DNA of 64,000 bases, from positions 101,122,001 through 101,186,000 of the forward strand of contig NC_058377.1 of NCBI RefSeq assembly GCF_018350175.1. The letters run 5' to 3'. Of the stretch, positions 1 to 11,960 are shown in pieces (the first letter of the stretch is position 1; every line of letters starts with the position of its first letter). Under the pieces are notes generated by a model. That model was not told the origin of the DNA and did not search any database. It was given only the letters and a program-made list of their open reading frames with translations. The translations under genes and the position numbers were made by a program. The stretch is from Felis catus. Lineage: Eukaryota.

Positions 1-170
1 AAATTTTTTTTTTTAAATAAATACACTATCAATAAATGTTACTGTTCTATGACTGGACAGTAATAAGAAAAGATTCTGATAATGGAATAAAGATATATAA
101 TGTTGAGCCAAACAGTGGAAATGCCATGGCAATAAGCCTGGATGGATCTTACTCCAAAATAAGGCAAATG

Positions 171-404
171 GGGGCGCCTGGGTGGCTCAGTCGGTTAAGC
201 GTCAGACTTCGACTCAGGTCATGATCTCGCGGTCCCTGAGTTCGAGCCCCGAATTCGGGCCCTGTGCTGACGGCTCAGAGCCTGGAGCCTGTTTCAGATT
301 CTGTGTCTCCCTCTCTTTCTGACCATCCCCCATTCATGCTCTGTCTCTCTCTGTCTCAAAAATAAATAAACATTAAAAAAAATTAATAAAAATTAAAAAA
401 AAAA
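171..404 (+). mobile_element. CanSINE
   Basis: ggggcgcctgggtggctcagtcggttaagc head, CT-rich tract, A tail, TSD ataaggcaaatg. Confidence 0.95.
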
Positions 405-815
405 CATAAGGCAAATGAAGTAACATTAAGGTCTTCACAGGACTCCAGAATGGAGAAGTAACCTCATAATGAGTGCTAAAGACTATCAGCTGTGTGAACA
501 TGTTCTAATCCATAGGATCCCGAGAACATAAACCATAGTAGTAGTCAGTGCAAATCGCATTCCGCAATGATGGACAACAACAATACACTTACATCAATTA
601 ATATTTAATATGAATCCATTTGAACACAATAAAAGTAAACAGATGATAAAAATTATCTATATTTGTAAAATGCTGTGTTCAAAGGCTGATAAATGCTTTG
701 TTGGAAAATATTCTAGGATATACAAGCACTGTTACTGCAACCAAGACATTTTCTTTAGTTTCTGAGCAAAGAGACTTGGACTGGTATGAAACTCAGTGTT
801 GAAAATGTATTTTAC

Positions 816-1781
816 TTAGGAACCAATTTTTACCAATTTTTTCATTGCTTCTTTTACATCTTTGTTCCTTAAACTGTAGATGATGGGATTCAGCATGGGA
901 ATCACAATCGTGTAAAATGTTGAGACTATCATGTCATGGTCCAGAGCATAGCTGGAACTCGGTCTCACGTACGTGAAGAGGATGGTTCCATGATATATTG
1001 ACACTCCGGTTAGGTGAGAGCCACATGTAGAAAAGACTTTCTGCCTCCCTGCAGCAGAATGAATCTTCCGAATGGCCAACAAAATGAAACCATAGGAGAT
1101 CAGAACTGTCAGGATAGTGACGATCTCAATGGAGCCCACAAGGTAGAAGAGCAGGAGCTGGTTTGTGTGAGTGTCAGAACAAGAAATGGCGAGGAGAGGA
1201 GGGATGTCACAAAAGACATGTCTAATTTCATTGGATGCGCAGAAGGACAGGCTGAATGTGGCCACGGTGTGTATGGAAGCATGCAAAATGCCACCCACGT
1301 AGGAAGCAACGATGAGTGGCACATAGACTCTGGGTGACATGCTCACTGAGTACAGGAGAGGGTTGTAGATGGCGACATAGCGGTCATATGCCATTGCAGC
1401 CAAGAGAAAGCATTCTGTGGTCCCAAAGGTAACAAAGAGAAGCATCTGCGCTGCACATCCAACATAGGAAATGGCTTTATTCTCTGCGAGGAAATTGACC
1501 AACATTTTTGGGGTGACAACTGAAGAATAACAGGCATCCAGGAAAGACAATACGCTCAGAAAGTAGTACATGGGGTTGTGTAGCCGAGAATCCCCAATGA
1601 CTAATAGAACTAGCCCCAAATTTCCTACCAGAGTAAAAAGGTAGATTGCTAGAAATAGTAAAAAGAGGAAGATTTGCACCTCAAAATCATCTGTGAAACC
1701 CGTCAATATAAACATGGTGACTTTGGTCACATTTTCCATCTGAATGCTGTGTAAATTTAAATCTGATGTGAACCCTGACAT
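816..1781 (-). CDS. OR5T1: Olfactory receptor, OR5T subfamily (OR5T1-like)
   Basis: 321-aa 7TM ORF with OR motifs [47 protein letters not shown]. The N-terminus [19 protein letters not shown] resembles human OR5T1 as recalled. Acceptor-like attgtctttag on the minus strand at ~1803-1813. Confidence 0.93.
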   Translation of the reverse strand: MSGFTSDLNLHSIQMENVTKVTMFILTGFTDDFEVQIFLFLLFLAIYLFTLVGNLGLVLLVIGDSRLHNPMYYFLSVLSFLDACYSSVVTPKMLVNFLAENKAISYVGCAAQMLLFVTFGTTECFLLAAMAYDRYVAIYNPLLYSVSMSPRVYVPLIVASYVGGILHASIHTVATFSLSFCASNEIRHVFCDIPPLLAISCSDTHTNQLLLFYLVGSIEIVTILTVLISYGFILLAIRKIHSAAGRQKVFSTCGSHLTGVSIYHGTILFTYVRPSSSYALDHDMIVSTFYTIVIPMLNPIIYSLRNKDVKEAMKKLVKIGS

Positions 1782-2644
1782 CTCACTTTCTATTTGTAGG
1801 TACTAAAGACAATATCTTGTGAAAATAGAGTCCATCCAATCATATTCTCATATTTTTTTCTTAGCAGGGTATAAAGATTTCCTTGGCAGTGATAAAATAG
1901 GCAGTGATAATGATATTGTACCCAAGTGGTTGCATTTCGCTGTTAAATAAAAGGACGAAATGATTATATTCAGTCATTGAGTGCATTTATCAAGTGGAAA
2001 ATATTCTGTTGATTGAAATGGTTTATTGTCTAATTCAATTTCAGTTAAATTCTTTGCGGCCTTCTATTCATATCACGTAATCTTAAAATTCACAATGATT
2101 AATAAACAGGCATATTTGAGTCTTAAAACATCATGATGGAAAGTACACATCTGAATACTGGTTCTGGATTGGCTACCCTGCACATCAAACTCCTTGCTCT
2201 AATATTCCCAACTGTTAAAATTTGAGTAAGCATATTCTATCACAAGTTTGGGATGAATTTAAGTGAGAAATACTATGGAAATTATTTATTTTTAACATGT
2301 TTCCAGATGACTAGCAAATGAGACAAGTTACACATCTGAACTTGTACAAGGCTGTCTTTCCCAACAAAACTGTTTACGTTATTTTTTCTTACAATTATCC
2401 TGTTCCATTGGTTTCAATTCCAGAGCATGGGTGAATAGAATAGCAGAATATTCTGGAGATAGATGGACCTTATTTTCAAACATAAACAGTGCAATGTCTT
2501 TTTTTTTCTTTCAGTTTTTTTCTTCTCAAATTATACATCATTAATTTGTTCATTTTGACCTTTGTGGCTTATGATACTGCTATTTTTTTTCAAATTTTAT
2601 CTTTCAATTTATGTGATTATTAGTACAAAATCCTTTGATATATA

Positions 2645-2860
2645 TTTTTTAAAATTTTTAATGTTTATTTATATTTTGAGATAGGACAGAGGGAGAGCAG
2701 AGGAGGGGTAGAAAGAGAGGGAAACACAGAATCCGGAGTAGGCTCAGGCTCTCAGCTGGAGTCAGCACAGAGCTCGAAGCAAGGCTTGAACTCATGAACC
2801 ATGAAATCATGACCTGAGCTGAAGCCAGACACTTAACCAGCTGAGTCACGCAGGTGCCCC
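2645..2860 (-). mobile_element. CanSINE
   Basis: Reverse head (caggtgcccc), tcatgacctgagctgaag, T tail. Confidence 0.9.
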
Positions 2861-3715
2861 ACCCTTGGATGTATTTTTAAGATATATTTCTATCAAAAAG
2901 AAATTCTGTCCATTTTTTAATGTTATAGCTGCTTATGGAGTTCCTAAAATAACTGTGAAATTAATGTCACCAGGCAGTAGAAAATAAAATTGTTTCTGAA
3001 CTTTTTGCTAAGAGAATCAAATCACTATATTTGTCACAAAATAATTTTTTTTGTTTTCTTGATGGCATCATACTCTTTCTCATTAAGTGGAGAACGAATA
3101 AATGAAACTTAAAAAGAAGTTAAAGAGACACCTGTAATCTGGACTGAAATGTCGGTTATTGAAACACAATTAATTATTGGATTCATCATATTTAAGGGAC
3201 AGATTTCAGCATGGTGACTTTTGCTTTTCTTTTGGCATGTTATAACCAAAAAGTGTTTAAAAAGAGTAAAAAAAAAATGCACAGTACATAAGGCCATGCT
3301 GGATTTACTCACTTACAAATGATTTATAGGCATGAAGTGAAATATGCCACAGTTTTGTTATGTTGAGATATCCACACATCTGTAACGAATAAATAAGTTA
3401 AGGCTACTGTTAGAAAGAAAAGAAAAGCACATGTCTTTATTTTCCCAGAAACGTTCTCAGACATTCTTGTGCTTCCGCAAGATATATTTCTGACATATAT
3501 ATTTCAGATATATTTCTGACATATAGAGTAGATTCATTACGGTGAGTCTCTGAAACCCCAAAATGCTCATTTGATTCTTAGAAAAATTGAGAGTAAAAAA
3601 TATATAATTAAGTTAAAATCTGATTTTTTTAATAAATTCAGATAACTTACATAATTCTCATATGTGTTTGGAGTAGCACAAAAAATACATTTCTATTTAT
3701 AACATTCCTATTCTT

Positions 3716-3934
3716 GGGGCACCTGGGTGGCGCAGTCGGTTAAGCATCCGACTTCAGCCAGGTCACGATCTTGCGGTCCGTGAGTTCGAGCCCCGCGTCG
3801 GGCTCTGGGCTGATGGCTCAGAGCCTGGAGCCTGTTTCCCATTCTGTGTCTCCCTCTCTCTCTGCCCCTCCCCCATTCATGCTCTGTCTCTCTCTGTCCC
3901 AAAAATAAATAAAAAACGTTGAAAAAAAATTTAA
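3716..3934 (+). mobile_element. Young felid CanSINE
   Basis: CpG-rich copy, TSD aacattcctattct. Confidence 0.95.
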
Positions 3935-4551
3935 AACATTCCTATTCTCTCTCTTTCTCTCCCAAACTGTTCTCCTCTTCTCTCTCTTCTCTCTCAAATC
4001 CGTGGAATACAAACAAAAATGTTTACTAAAAAGAGTCAGATACAAAATAGGAGTTAAGCAGATAAGAATAAGTATAGTAAAAACAAAACACACAAGCAAA
4101 TTTGAAAAATGTACCAATGGGTAGTATACTAAAAGTACCCATCACAAAATACATGTTGACTCATATACACAGAAGAAATGTCAACAACGTGACAATTCTA
4201 GCCTTTAGTTAACTAATGTGCCTGAGATAAGATAATTGTGGGAGATTAAGAACATCACATATGGACTCTAAAACCACCTGGTGACGATGTGAACTTGGAA
4301 AAGTTACTTCTCCTCGTTAACCAAAGAATAACTAACATTGACCCAAATATTCAGGCATATCTTGTTCAACTACCTCTGTATGATGACTGCAGAGAGTTAA
4401 TTGACCTGATGCATTAAAATATCTTGAATCACCTTAAGGTGTTAATCATACGCAAAAGATGCATACAAATGAAATGTGACCTCCGAGTTTATTTAACTCC
4501 AACAAAATAAATAAGGATTATACAATCATTTTTTTTAAATAAAAGCATTTT

Positions 4552-5023
4552 GGGGCACCTGGGTGACTCAGTCAGTTGGGCGTCCGACTTCAGCTCAGGT
4601 CATGATCCCCCGGTTCCTGAGTTCCAGCTCCAAGTCGTGCTCTGTGCTGCGAGCTCAGAGCCTGGAGTTTGCTTCAGATTCTGGGTCTCCTTTCTCTCCC
4701 CCTTCCTCTCTCACACTCCATCTCTCTCTCTCTTAAAAATGAATAAACTTTTGGGGCGCCTGGGTGGCGCAGTCGGTTAAGCGTCCGACTTCAGCCAGGT
4801 CACGATCTCGCGGTCCGTGGGTTCGAGCCCCGCATGGGGCTCTGGGCTGATGGCTCAGAGCCTGGAGCCTGTTTCCGATTCTGTGTCTCCCTCTCTCTCT
4901 GCCCCTCCCCCGTTCATGCTCTGTCTCTCTCTGTCCCAAAAATAAATAAAAAACGTTGGAAAAAAAAGTTTAATAAAAAAAAATGAATAAACTTTAAATA
5001 AATAAATAAATTAATTAATTAAT
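4552..5023 (+). mobile_element. Older CanSINE with a young CanSINE (4753-~4977) nested in its tail
   Basis: Outer TSD aaataaaagcattt; inner TSD aaaaatgaataaactt. Confidence 0.92.
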
Positions 5024-5384
5024 AAATAAAAGCATTTGCAGTTAATGGATCCCAAACAGAAGCAAAGCACTTCAAGTTATGCATATATGTGTTACATGGT
5101 AATAATATGTTAAAATACCAAACTGCTTTTACAGCAGGTACTTCTATTAACTGAAATTTAGGAAAACTAGAACTGACTGTGTTGATGTCTTGCTATGTCA
5201 CTTTGCTAGGGGCCAGAGAGACAAAAATAGAGATCCTGAATTTTAAACAAAGCACGATCCATCTGGAAGACTAAAATAAAATCAGTTTCTCCGCACTCAT
5301 GGTCAAACATAAAAAGTCCATGCACGGGAACAAACACCCAGTTCAACAACAAGGAAAATTACGATGCTAGCTACTGTATATCAT

Positions 5385-5600
5385 GACCTGGCTACCAAGA
5401 GTTAGGCATTTTGTGCACAGTATTTAATACAATCTACATAGCAACCCAGAAACTGAATAATTCAGTGTCATTTTATAGATGAAAAGACTGAAGCCTAACT
5501 AAACATATAACTCGACCAAGTTCATAATTTCTAAAAGATACAGGATTCAAGCCTCAATTTCTACAACTTCAGACTCTACACTATTTCTACTTGGCCATAT
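5385..5600 (-). mobile_element. MIR (ancient SINE)
   Basis: cattttatagatgaaaagactgaag..ccaag..ggattcaagcc core. Confidence 0.55.
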
Positions 5601-6176
5601 TAAAACTACTTTATGAGATGCCATAATTCTGGAAATGTTATGTAGAATCAATGAGAGAGCGTCCTTGCACATTGGAATTCTTTTTTTTTTTTTAAGCAAT
5701 TAAACATGAATAGACCATGAAAAAAAAAAACCCACTAAATTTGCTGGATCAGTGGGCTCAGTAGTAAAATAAAACTTAAAATTTGTTTGCACCCGTCCAT
5801 CAGAAAAAAAAAATACATTGTGATTTCAAAATTGTATATATACATTAGCTGGTTAATAGTTAATGTTACCTCCATTTAATACTTTTCTTAAACTTTAAAT
5901 ATAGCCCCTTAATTCTATTGTCCCTGTATTGACCATAATCCTTCATCAAGAACATTAAAACAAATTTACAGCTCTATTGACCAAAATATGTGGGAAGACC
6001 TGTCTATTTTTCCTGTTATATTCCCTGAAAGGCATGTGATCAATTGTCAATATAACTTTGAGTTAACTAATTGACTAGCATCTTCTCTCTTAAACACGAA
6101 CATTGAAGCATATACTCTAGTTTCCAACTCAAAGGTCTAATTACTAAAATATTTTGTAAGTTATGAAAAACCTTTC

Positions 6177-6290
6177 CTCTTACCTGTAGAAATGAATTGC
6201 CATTAGGGTTCGCTGTGAATATAACGTGTTTAGGTTCCATCTCAAGGTTTTAAGTTTGCCATGATGCCCCAAGAGGAAAATGCACTAATT
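6177..6290 (-). promoter_or_regulatory. Putative OR5T1 promoter / non-coding first exon (HD + O/E site, splice donor)
   Basis: Minus strand aattagtgcattttcctcttggggcat (6290-6264) and donor ttctacag|gtaagag (exon end 6184). Both elements are shared with 15351-15477. Confidence 0.6.
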
Positions 6291-6957
6291 TCTTTTCTGG
6301 GACAGAGAAGTACAAAGATGATTTTTTTTTTCATTGTAGACAAGTGAATAGTTCTGGATGATGAACTACATGGTGAAAATGATTACATACATGCACTTTG
6401 GCCTCTGGTTTGAAATGATCCCTCAAAGGAAAAAGAAAGCTAATGAAATGGGAGATAGTCCCGGTTCTGATACTAAGTAGCTGTATGTCACTGGGTTGAT
6501 GACTTAAATTCTCTAAAGTCCAATATCATCCTCCTGGAAATAAAACCCATTTGCTTCCCTCAAAATCCTATAAACATGGACATAATGAAGTGATATGAAA
6601 CCATAATCTATGGCAAACTTCATAATAATTTAATAAAGATTATTTTATTTTCAATAAATTTTAAAATACTACACTTCCAAGTGGTCTGAGAAATATATTC
6701 ATTCAAGCTCCTTGAGAGTTAAATAAGAAAGCTAAGATGTGACTACATGAATAGAAATTATTGACAGGAGAGATGGCACAGAGTACAGAAAATGGTAATA
6801 TTCTATGTAATAGAAAAATAGAAATATGTAATAGGAAAATGGCAGAGATAAAGGTAAAAAAATTAGAGTTATAGGATTTTGTCTTGTATTTGAGATATTA
6901 TATACTAATATAGAGTACTTACTATGTACATAAAGTACTCTTAAAAAATTATGGAAA

Positions 6958-7140
6958 GGGGCACCTGCGTGGCTCAATCAGTTAAGTGTCTGGCTCTTGA
7001 TTTTGGCTCAGGTCATGATTTCATGGTTCGTGGGTTTGAGCCCCGCATCAGGTTCTGTGCTAACAGTACCCGAGCCTACTTGGGATTCTCTTTCTCCCCA
7101 CCACCCCTCTCTCTCGAATAAATTAAAAAGAGAAAAAAGA
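6958..7140 (+). mobile_element. CanSINE
   Basis: Head plus TSD aaaaattatggaaa. Confidence 0.9.
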
Positions 7141-7249
7141 AAAATTATGGAAACTATATGGATGCCTAGGTACCACACTCAGGGATTATAAGTTATTAGA
7201 TAGGCAATATTGTTTATTGAAATGGAATTTAAAAAACGGATGATATTGG

Positions 7250-8035
7250 CAGGCAGCTCAACTGTGAAAAATTGATCGCTTCATTAAATGCAATCCTAAA
7301 CTTATCTATAAATTTAATACAACTCCAATTTAAGCTAAACAAGTATTTTGGCAGGAATTGACATGCCAATTCTATAATATTTATAAAAAAAGAAAGAATT
7401 ATGAAAATAAAAATAAAAATAATTGGGATATTCACACATGTAAAGTTAAATAATCTTAATGAACCATTGAAAAGATAGACAACTAGATAAATGGAACAGA
7501 GTAGTGTTAAGAAATAGATTCGTCCATAATTGCTAAGAAATATCTATGAAGGAGAGTAATTTTTTAATGGTGCTTAATTTGTAAAATAGCTTTATGCCAC
7601 AAAAAAAGAAACGTTGACTCATTGTTTGCACCATATGTAAAACTTCTCAAAATGAATCTTACACCTTTAATATAAGTCCTATTACTATACATACCTAGAG
7701 AAAACTTGGGCATCTGTGTGATCATGGTTTAGTCACTGATTTTTAGATAAATCTCAAAACACGAGACATGAGAGAAAAAAAAAGTGACAAATTGTATTTC
7801 ATCACATTTAAAATCTTCTGCTATGAAGAAGATATTGTTGAGGGAATAAATAAACAAACCGTAGACTTGCATAAAATATTTGCTGAACCCAATAAAGAAT
7901 ATATGAACAAACTCTAAAATCAAAACAAAACAAAAAAGATAAACAACAAAAAAGTGGGCACAAATTTGAGCAAACGTTTCACCACAGAAGATACACAGAT
8001 GGTAACTAAGACCATGAAAAAGGTTAACACCATTT
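7250..8035 (+). mobile_element. Old L1 ORF2 fragment
   Basis: ctataaatttaatacaactccaat, aaatggaacagagtag, tttcaccacagaagatacacagatgg L1 ORF2-like motifs. Confidence 0.6.
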
Positions 8036-8049
8036 GTGTGTTAAAATTT

Positions 8050-8157
8050 TTGGCTCAAATTCAAGAGCCATACTCTTGATTTTGGCTCAGCTCAAGATCC
8101 CAGGGTTGTGGGATCGAGCCCCATGTCAGGATCTACGCTGAGCTTGGAGTCTACTTG

Positions 8158-8214
<57 letters not shown>

Positions 8215-8280
8215 ATCTTCTCTCCCCATGCCCCACTTCCCTACTTGTGGGCACTCTCTCTGATAATAATAATTTTAAAA
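8050..8280 (+). mobile_element. Older CanSINE with expanded (CT)n
   Basis: tggctcagctcaagatcccagggttgtgggatcgagcccc; (CT)n at 8162-8208. Confidence 0.8.
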
Positions 8281-8598
8281 GTATGAAAACAGCTAATAGA
8301 ATGCACTTACCTTGTATGTTACTAAATTATTCTTGATTTATGATTTTTTTACTTCTAGTTAATTCCTTCTTCTCTTACTCATGTTTTCAAATCCTTTCAA
8401 TGTTTTGCCTTCTCAGTTGTAACATATTCATATACTTTATTATTTCAATAAAACTTTACTATTTTAAATTTTCTTTAACCTTATTCTAAGATACTGAATT
8501 ATCATATTAGCTTGCTTGCTCTAAAGCCTTGTTTTATTAGTGGATTTTGGTAACTTTGGAATATTGTTTACTTTTATTCCTTTACAAGTTATGTGCGA

Positions 8599-8926
8599 CA
8601 GTTGACCCTTGAACAACACAGGTTTGGACTGTGTGGGTCCACTTATAGTTGGATTTCTTTTAATAAATACAGTACAGTGCTATAGAGGTATTTTCTCTTC
8701 CTTATGATTTTATTAGTAACATTTTTTCTTTCTCTAGTTCATTTTATTGTATGGATACAACATATAACACATATAACATACAAAATATGTGTTCATGACT
8801 TCATGTTATTGATAAGACTTCTGGTCAACAGTAGGCTCTTAATAGTTAAGTTTTCAAGCAGTCAAAATTACAGACTTTTGACTGGGAGGGGTGGCACCCC
8901 TAGTCCTGTTGTGCAAGGGTCTACTC
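8599..8926 (+). mobile_element. Tigger2/MER28-type non-autonomous DNA transposon
   Basis: Termini cagttgacccttgaacaaca ... tgttgtgcaagggtctactc(ta) form a degenerate TIR pair typical of Tigger2 derivatives. Confidence 0.8.
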
Positions 8927-9007
8927 TATAATATTTCATTAATTCTTTTATTGCCCTTTCCCCCATGTTTATATATGATGGGCATTTTGACTATCATAAA
9001 GAGGTAC

Positions 9008-9015
9008 GTGTGTGT

Positions 9016-9053
<38 letters not shown>
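9008..9053. repeat. (GT)n microsatellite
   Basis: Direct reading. Confidence 0.95.
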
Positions 9054-9055
<2 letters not shown>

Positions 9056-9059
9056 TTTT

Positions 9060-9505
9060 AGTGCCCTAAAATTTCTCTTTGCTCTGTCTTTTCATCTTCT
9101 CTCTCCAAACAGCTGGCAACCACTCATCATTTTACTTTCTCTGGAGTTTTGCTTTTTCTACAACATCATATTGTTGGAATCATACTGGTTATGTAGCATT
9201 TCAGATTAGCTTTGCTCACTTATTAAAATATATTTGTTGCCTTCTTATCTTTTCATGACTTGATAGCTCTTTTCTTTCAGCACTGCATAATAATTTATTG
9301 TCTGCGTATAACACACTTTATGTATCCATTCATATATTGAAAGACGTGGTTGCTTCTAGATGTAATTCTGGCAATTACAAATAAAGTTGCTACGAACATC
9401 TGTGTGCAAGCTTCTGAGTGAATGTTAAGTTCTCAACTCCTTTGGATAAATACCAAAGAATGTGATTGCTGGATCAGAGAGTAAGAGTATGTATGGCTTT
9501 GTAAT
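9060..9505 (-). mobile_element. Old L1 3' region
   Basis: ggcaaccactcat, tatccattca..ggttgcttc, ggataaataccaaagaatgtgattgctggatca. Confidence 0.7.
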
Positions 9506-9651
9506 TCCTTCCTCCTTTATCTGTTATTGCTGGTCATTTATTTCCCTTATACGTAAGTACACATAATCATATATGTAGGTAAGATACATACATATGCATA
9601 TATAATTGAGTACATTGTTCCTGTTCTATCATTTCACTACACTCACTTCTT

Positions 9652-9874
9652 TTTTTTTTTAATTTTTTTTTCAACGTTTATTTACTTTTGGGACAGAGAG
9701 AGACAGAGCATGAATGGGGGAGGGGCAGAGATAGAGGGAGACACAGAATTGGAAACAGGCTCCAGGCTCTGAGCCATCAGCCCAGAGCCCGACGCGGGGC
9801 TCGAACTCACGGACCGCGAGATCGTGACCTGGCTGAAGTCGGACGCTTAACCGACTGCGCCACCCAGGCGCCCC
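9652..9874 (-). mobile_element. Young felid CanSINE
   Basis: TSD tcactacactcacttctt. Confidence 0.95.
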
Positions 9875-10984
9875 TCACTACACTCACTTCTTGTTTGAAT
9901 GTTTACTACGAAGTTGGATGTGATTCTTAATTGCGTTCCTTTGTAGGTGAGGTGTTTTTTTTTTTCTCTACCTTCTTTCAGAAGCTTTTGGGTTTTTAAA
10001 ATTTGTTTTAGTTTTTAATTTTGTTTTATTTGTGATTCTCTGCGGTTTGAAAATGATATGCCAAGGTATAATTTCTATGGCATTTATCTTGCATAGCGTC
10101 ATCTGAACTTTCTGGACCTGGATCTGCGGTCTAGTGTCTGGAATTAATTTGAGGACATTGTCAGTCATTTTGCTTCAAATACTTCTTCTTTCCTTTTCCA
10201 CAATCTTCAGATATTCTATTCTAGTTTTCTGGGTTTTTTTGTTTGTTTGTTTGTTTGTTTTGTTTTGTTTGGGTTCTTTTTAATTGTTCGTTCTCTTTAC
10301 TTTTCAGTTTCCACAGTTTCTATTCAGGTATGCTCAAGTTCAGAGATTCTCTCTGCCATGTCTAATCCACCAGTCAGCCCATTAAAGGCATTCTTCACTT
10401 CAGAAGGTTTCGTCATTGTCCTTCCAAAGTTTCTTTTTGTTTTTTTTTTCTTAGGATTTCCATTTCTCTACTAACATTGCTCCTCTGTGCTTCCATGCTG
10501 TCTACTTGTGATCCATTAGAACCCTTAGCATATTACTCATTGCTGTTTTAAATGCCCAATCTGACATTTAATTCCAAAATCTCTGCCAAGTCTGGCTCTG
10601 GTACTCGTTTTGTGCTTTCAAAGTGCTCTCTTTTGCCTTTTAGTTTAACTGTAATTTTTTTTTTTTTTTGGGTAGCCCGACATAATGCACTGAGTAAAAG
10701 GAACTGCTTTAAATAGACCTTTAGTAACAATGTAGTCAGGTGTGGGAGCTAGAGAAGTGTTCTTTAGTCTTAAGATTGGATCTCAGTCTTTTAGCGGGCC
10801 TGTGCCACCCGATTGTGAACTTTACAATTGTTTCTTAATCTTCTTCTTTCCCTTAGGTGTGTCTGGATAGCTAGAGTATCTGGAGTTGGGTATTTCCCTC
10901 CTCCCTCATTACTTAGGCTCTGATAATACCCCACCAGCCTAGGCACTGGTTAGCTAATTTCTCCTGAGGGCAGGCTTTCTTTTA

Positions 10985-10987
<3 letters not shown>

Positions 10988-11034
<47 letters not shown>

Positions 11035-11042
11035 GTGTGTGT
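10988..11042. repeat. (GT)n microsatellite
   Basis: Direct reading. Confidence 0.95.
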
Positions 11043-11067
11043 ATGCTTCCTGTAAAGGGAGACAGAA

Positions 11068-11228
11068 NNNNNNNNNNNNNNNNNNNNNNNNNNNNNNNNN
11101 NNNNNNNNNNNNNNNNNNNNNNNNNNNNNNNNNNNNNNNNNNNNNNNNNNNNNNNNNNNNNNNNNNNNNNNNNNNNNNNNNNNNNNNNNNNNNNNNNNNN
11201 NNNNNNNNNNNNNNNNNNNNNNNNNNNN
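11068..11228. other. Assembly gap
   Basis: N run. Confidence 1.
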
Positions 11229-11770
11229 CTTCTGTATCCTTTTACAGGAAGCACAGGATGTTTTCTTCAGTATTTACTGGTGGGAATCAGGTCAAGCTTC
11301 TGAAAGTAAATTAAAGCAGGGGTGGGGGCACCCTCTAGATACCCCTGAAATCTTTAAGACTCAGAGTTGTTCACACTCCACCTTCAACAATTTGTCAGTT
11401 TTAGTTCAGGTTTTCTTATCTAGGTGCTGGTTCCATGGTGTTTTCTGCTTCTGAGTTTCTGCTCAAGGAAGATTTGACTCCCTGTATTTGCCTGTTTCTG
11501 CAATCTTGGAGGCTGCTAATTGCTTTCTGTCCTCTTCTCTTTAAGGATCTGAGAAGCATATAGTGTGTTCAGTTTTTTTTTTTTTTAACTCATTGATAGG
11601 ACAGAGTTGTGCCCTCCAAGCTCTTTACCTCTGGAGCTAGAAACCGAAGTTACCAATTTTGTTTTATTACTTGTTTCTTTTTTTCTCTTTCCCATAGTAA
11701 AGGATTTAATCAAATGTCTGGTAGCATATGTTGTCTGTCCATCATTACATGTAGGTAACTAAAAGGAATT

Positions 11771-11960
11771 CTTTTTTTTAAGTTTTTTATTTATTTTGAG
11801 AGACAGAGTGGGGGGGGGGCAGAGAAAGAGAGAGCAAGAAAGAGAATCCCAAGCTGGCTCCACACTGTCAGCCCAGAGCCCCATGCAGGGTTTAAACTCA
11901 CAAACTGTGAGATCATGACCTGAGCCGAGATCAAGAGTCAGATGCTTAACCCAGATGCCC
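11771..11960 (-). mobile_element. CanSINE
   Basis: gagatcatgacctgagccgagatcaagagtcagatgcttaac. Confidence 0.88.

Larger units (their letters stand above)
9930..11650 (-). mobile_element. Ancient L1 (L1M) 5'/ORF1 region
   Basis: gtttgaaaatgatatgcc..tgaactttctggacctgg..ttcaaatacttcttct pattern typical of old L1 ORF1/5' ends; heavily decayed. Confidence 0.55.

Noticed and set aside
1014-1537. Antisense and alternate-frame ORFs overlapping OR genes
   Set aside because: Shadow ORFs typical of OR codon usage.
3708-4939. Repeated small ORFs (MGQRETEHE.., MAQ.V..LTSAQVMIS..) throughout the window
   Set aside because: These are translations of CanSINE copies, not a gene family.
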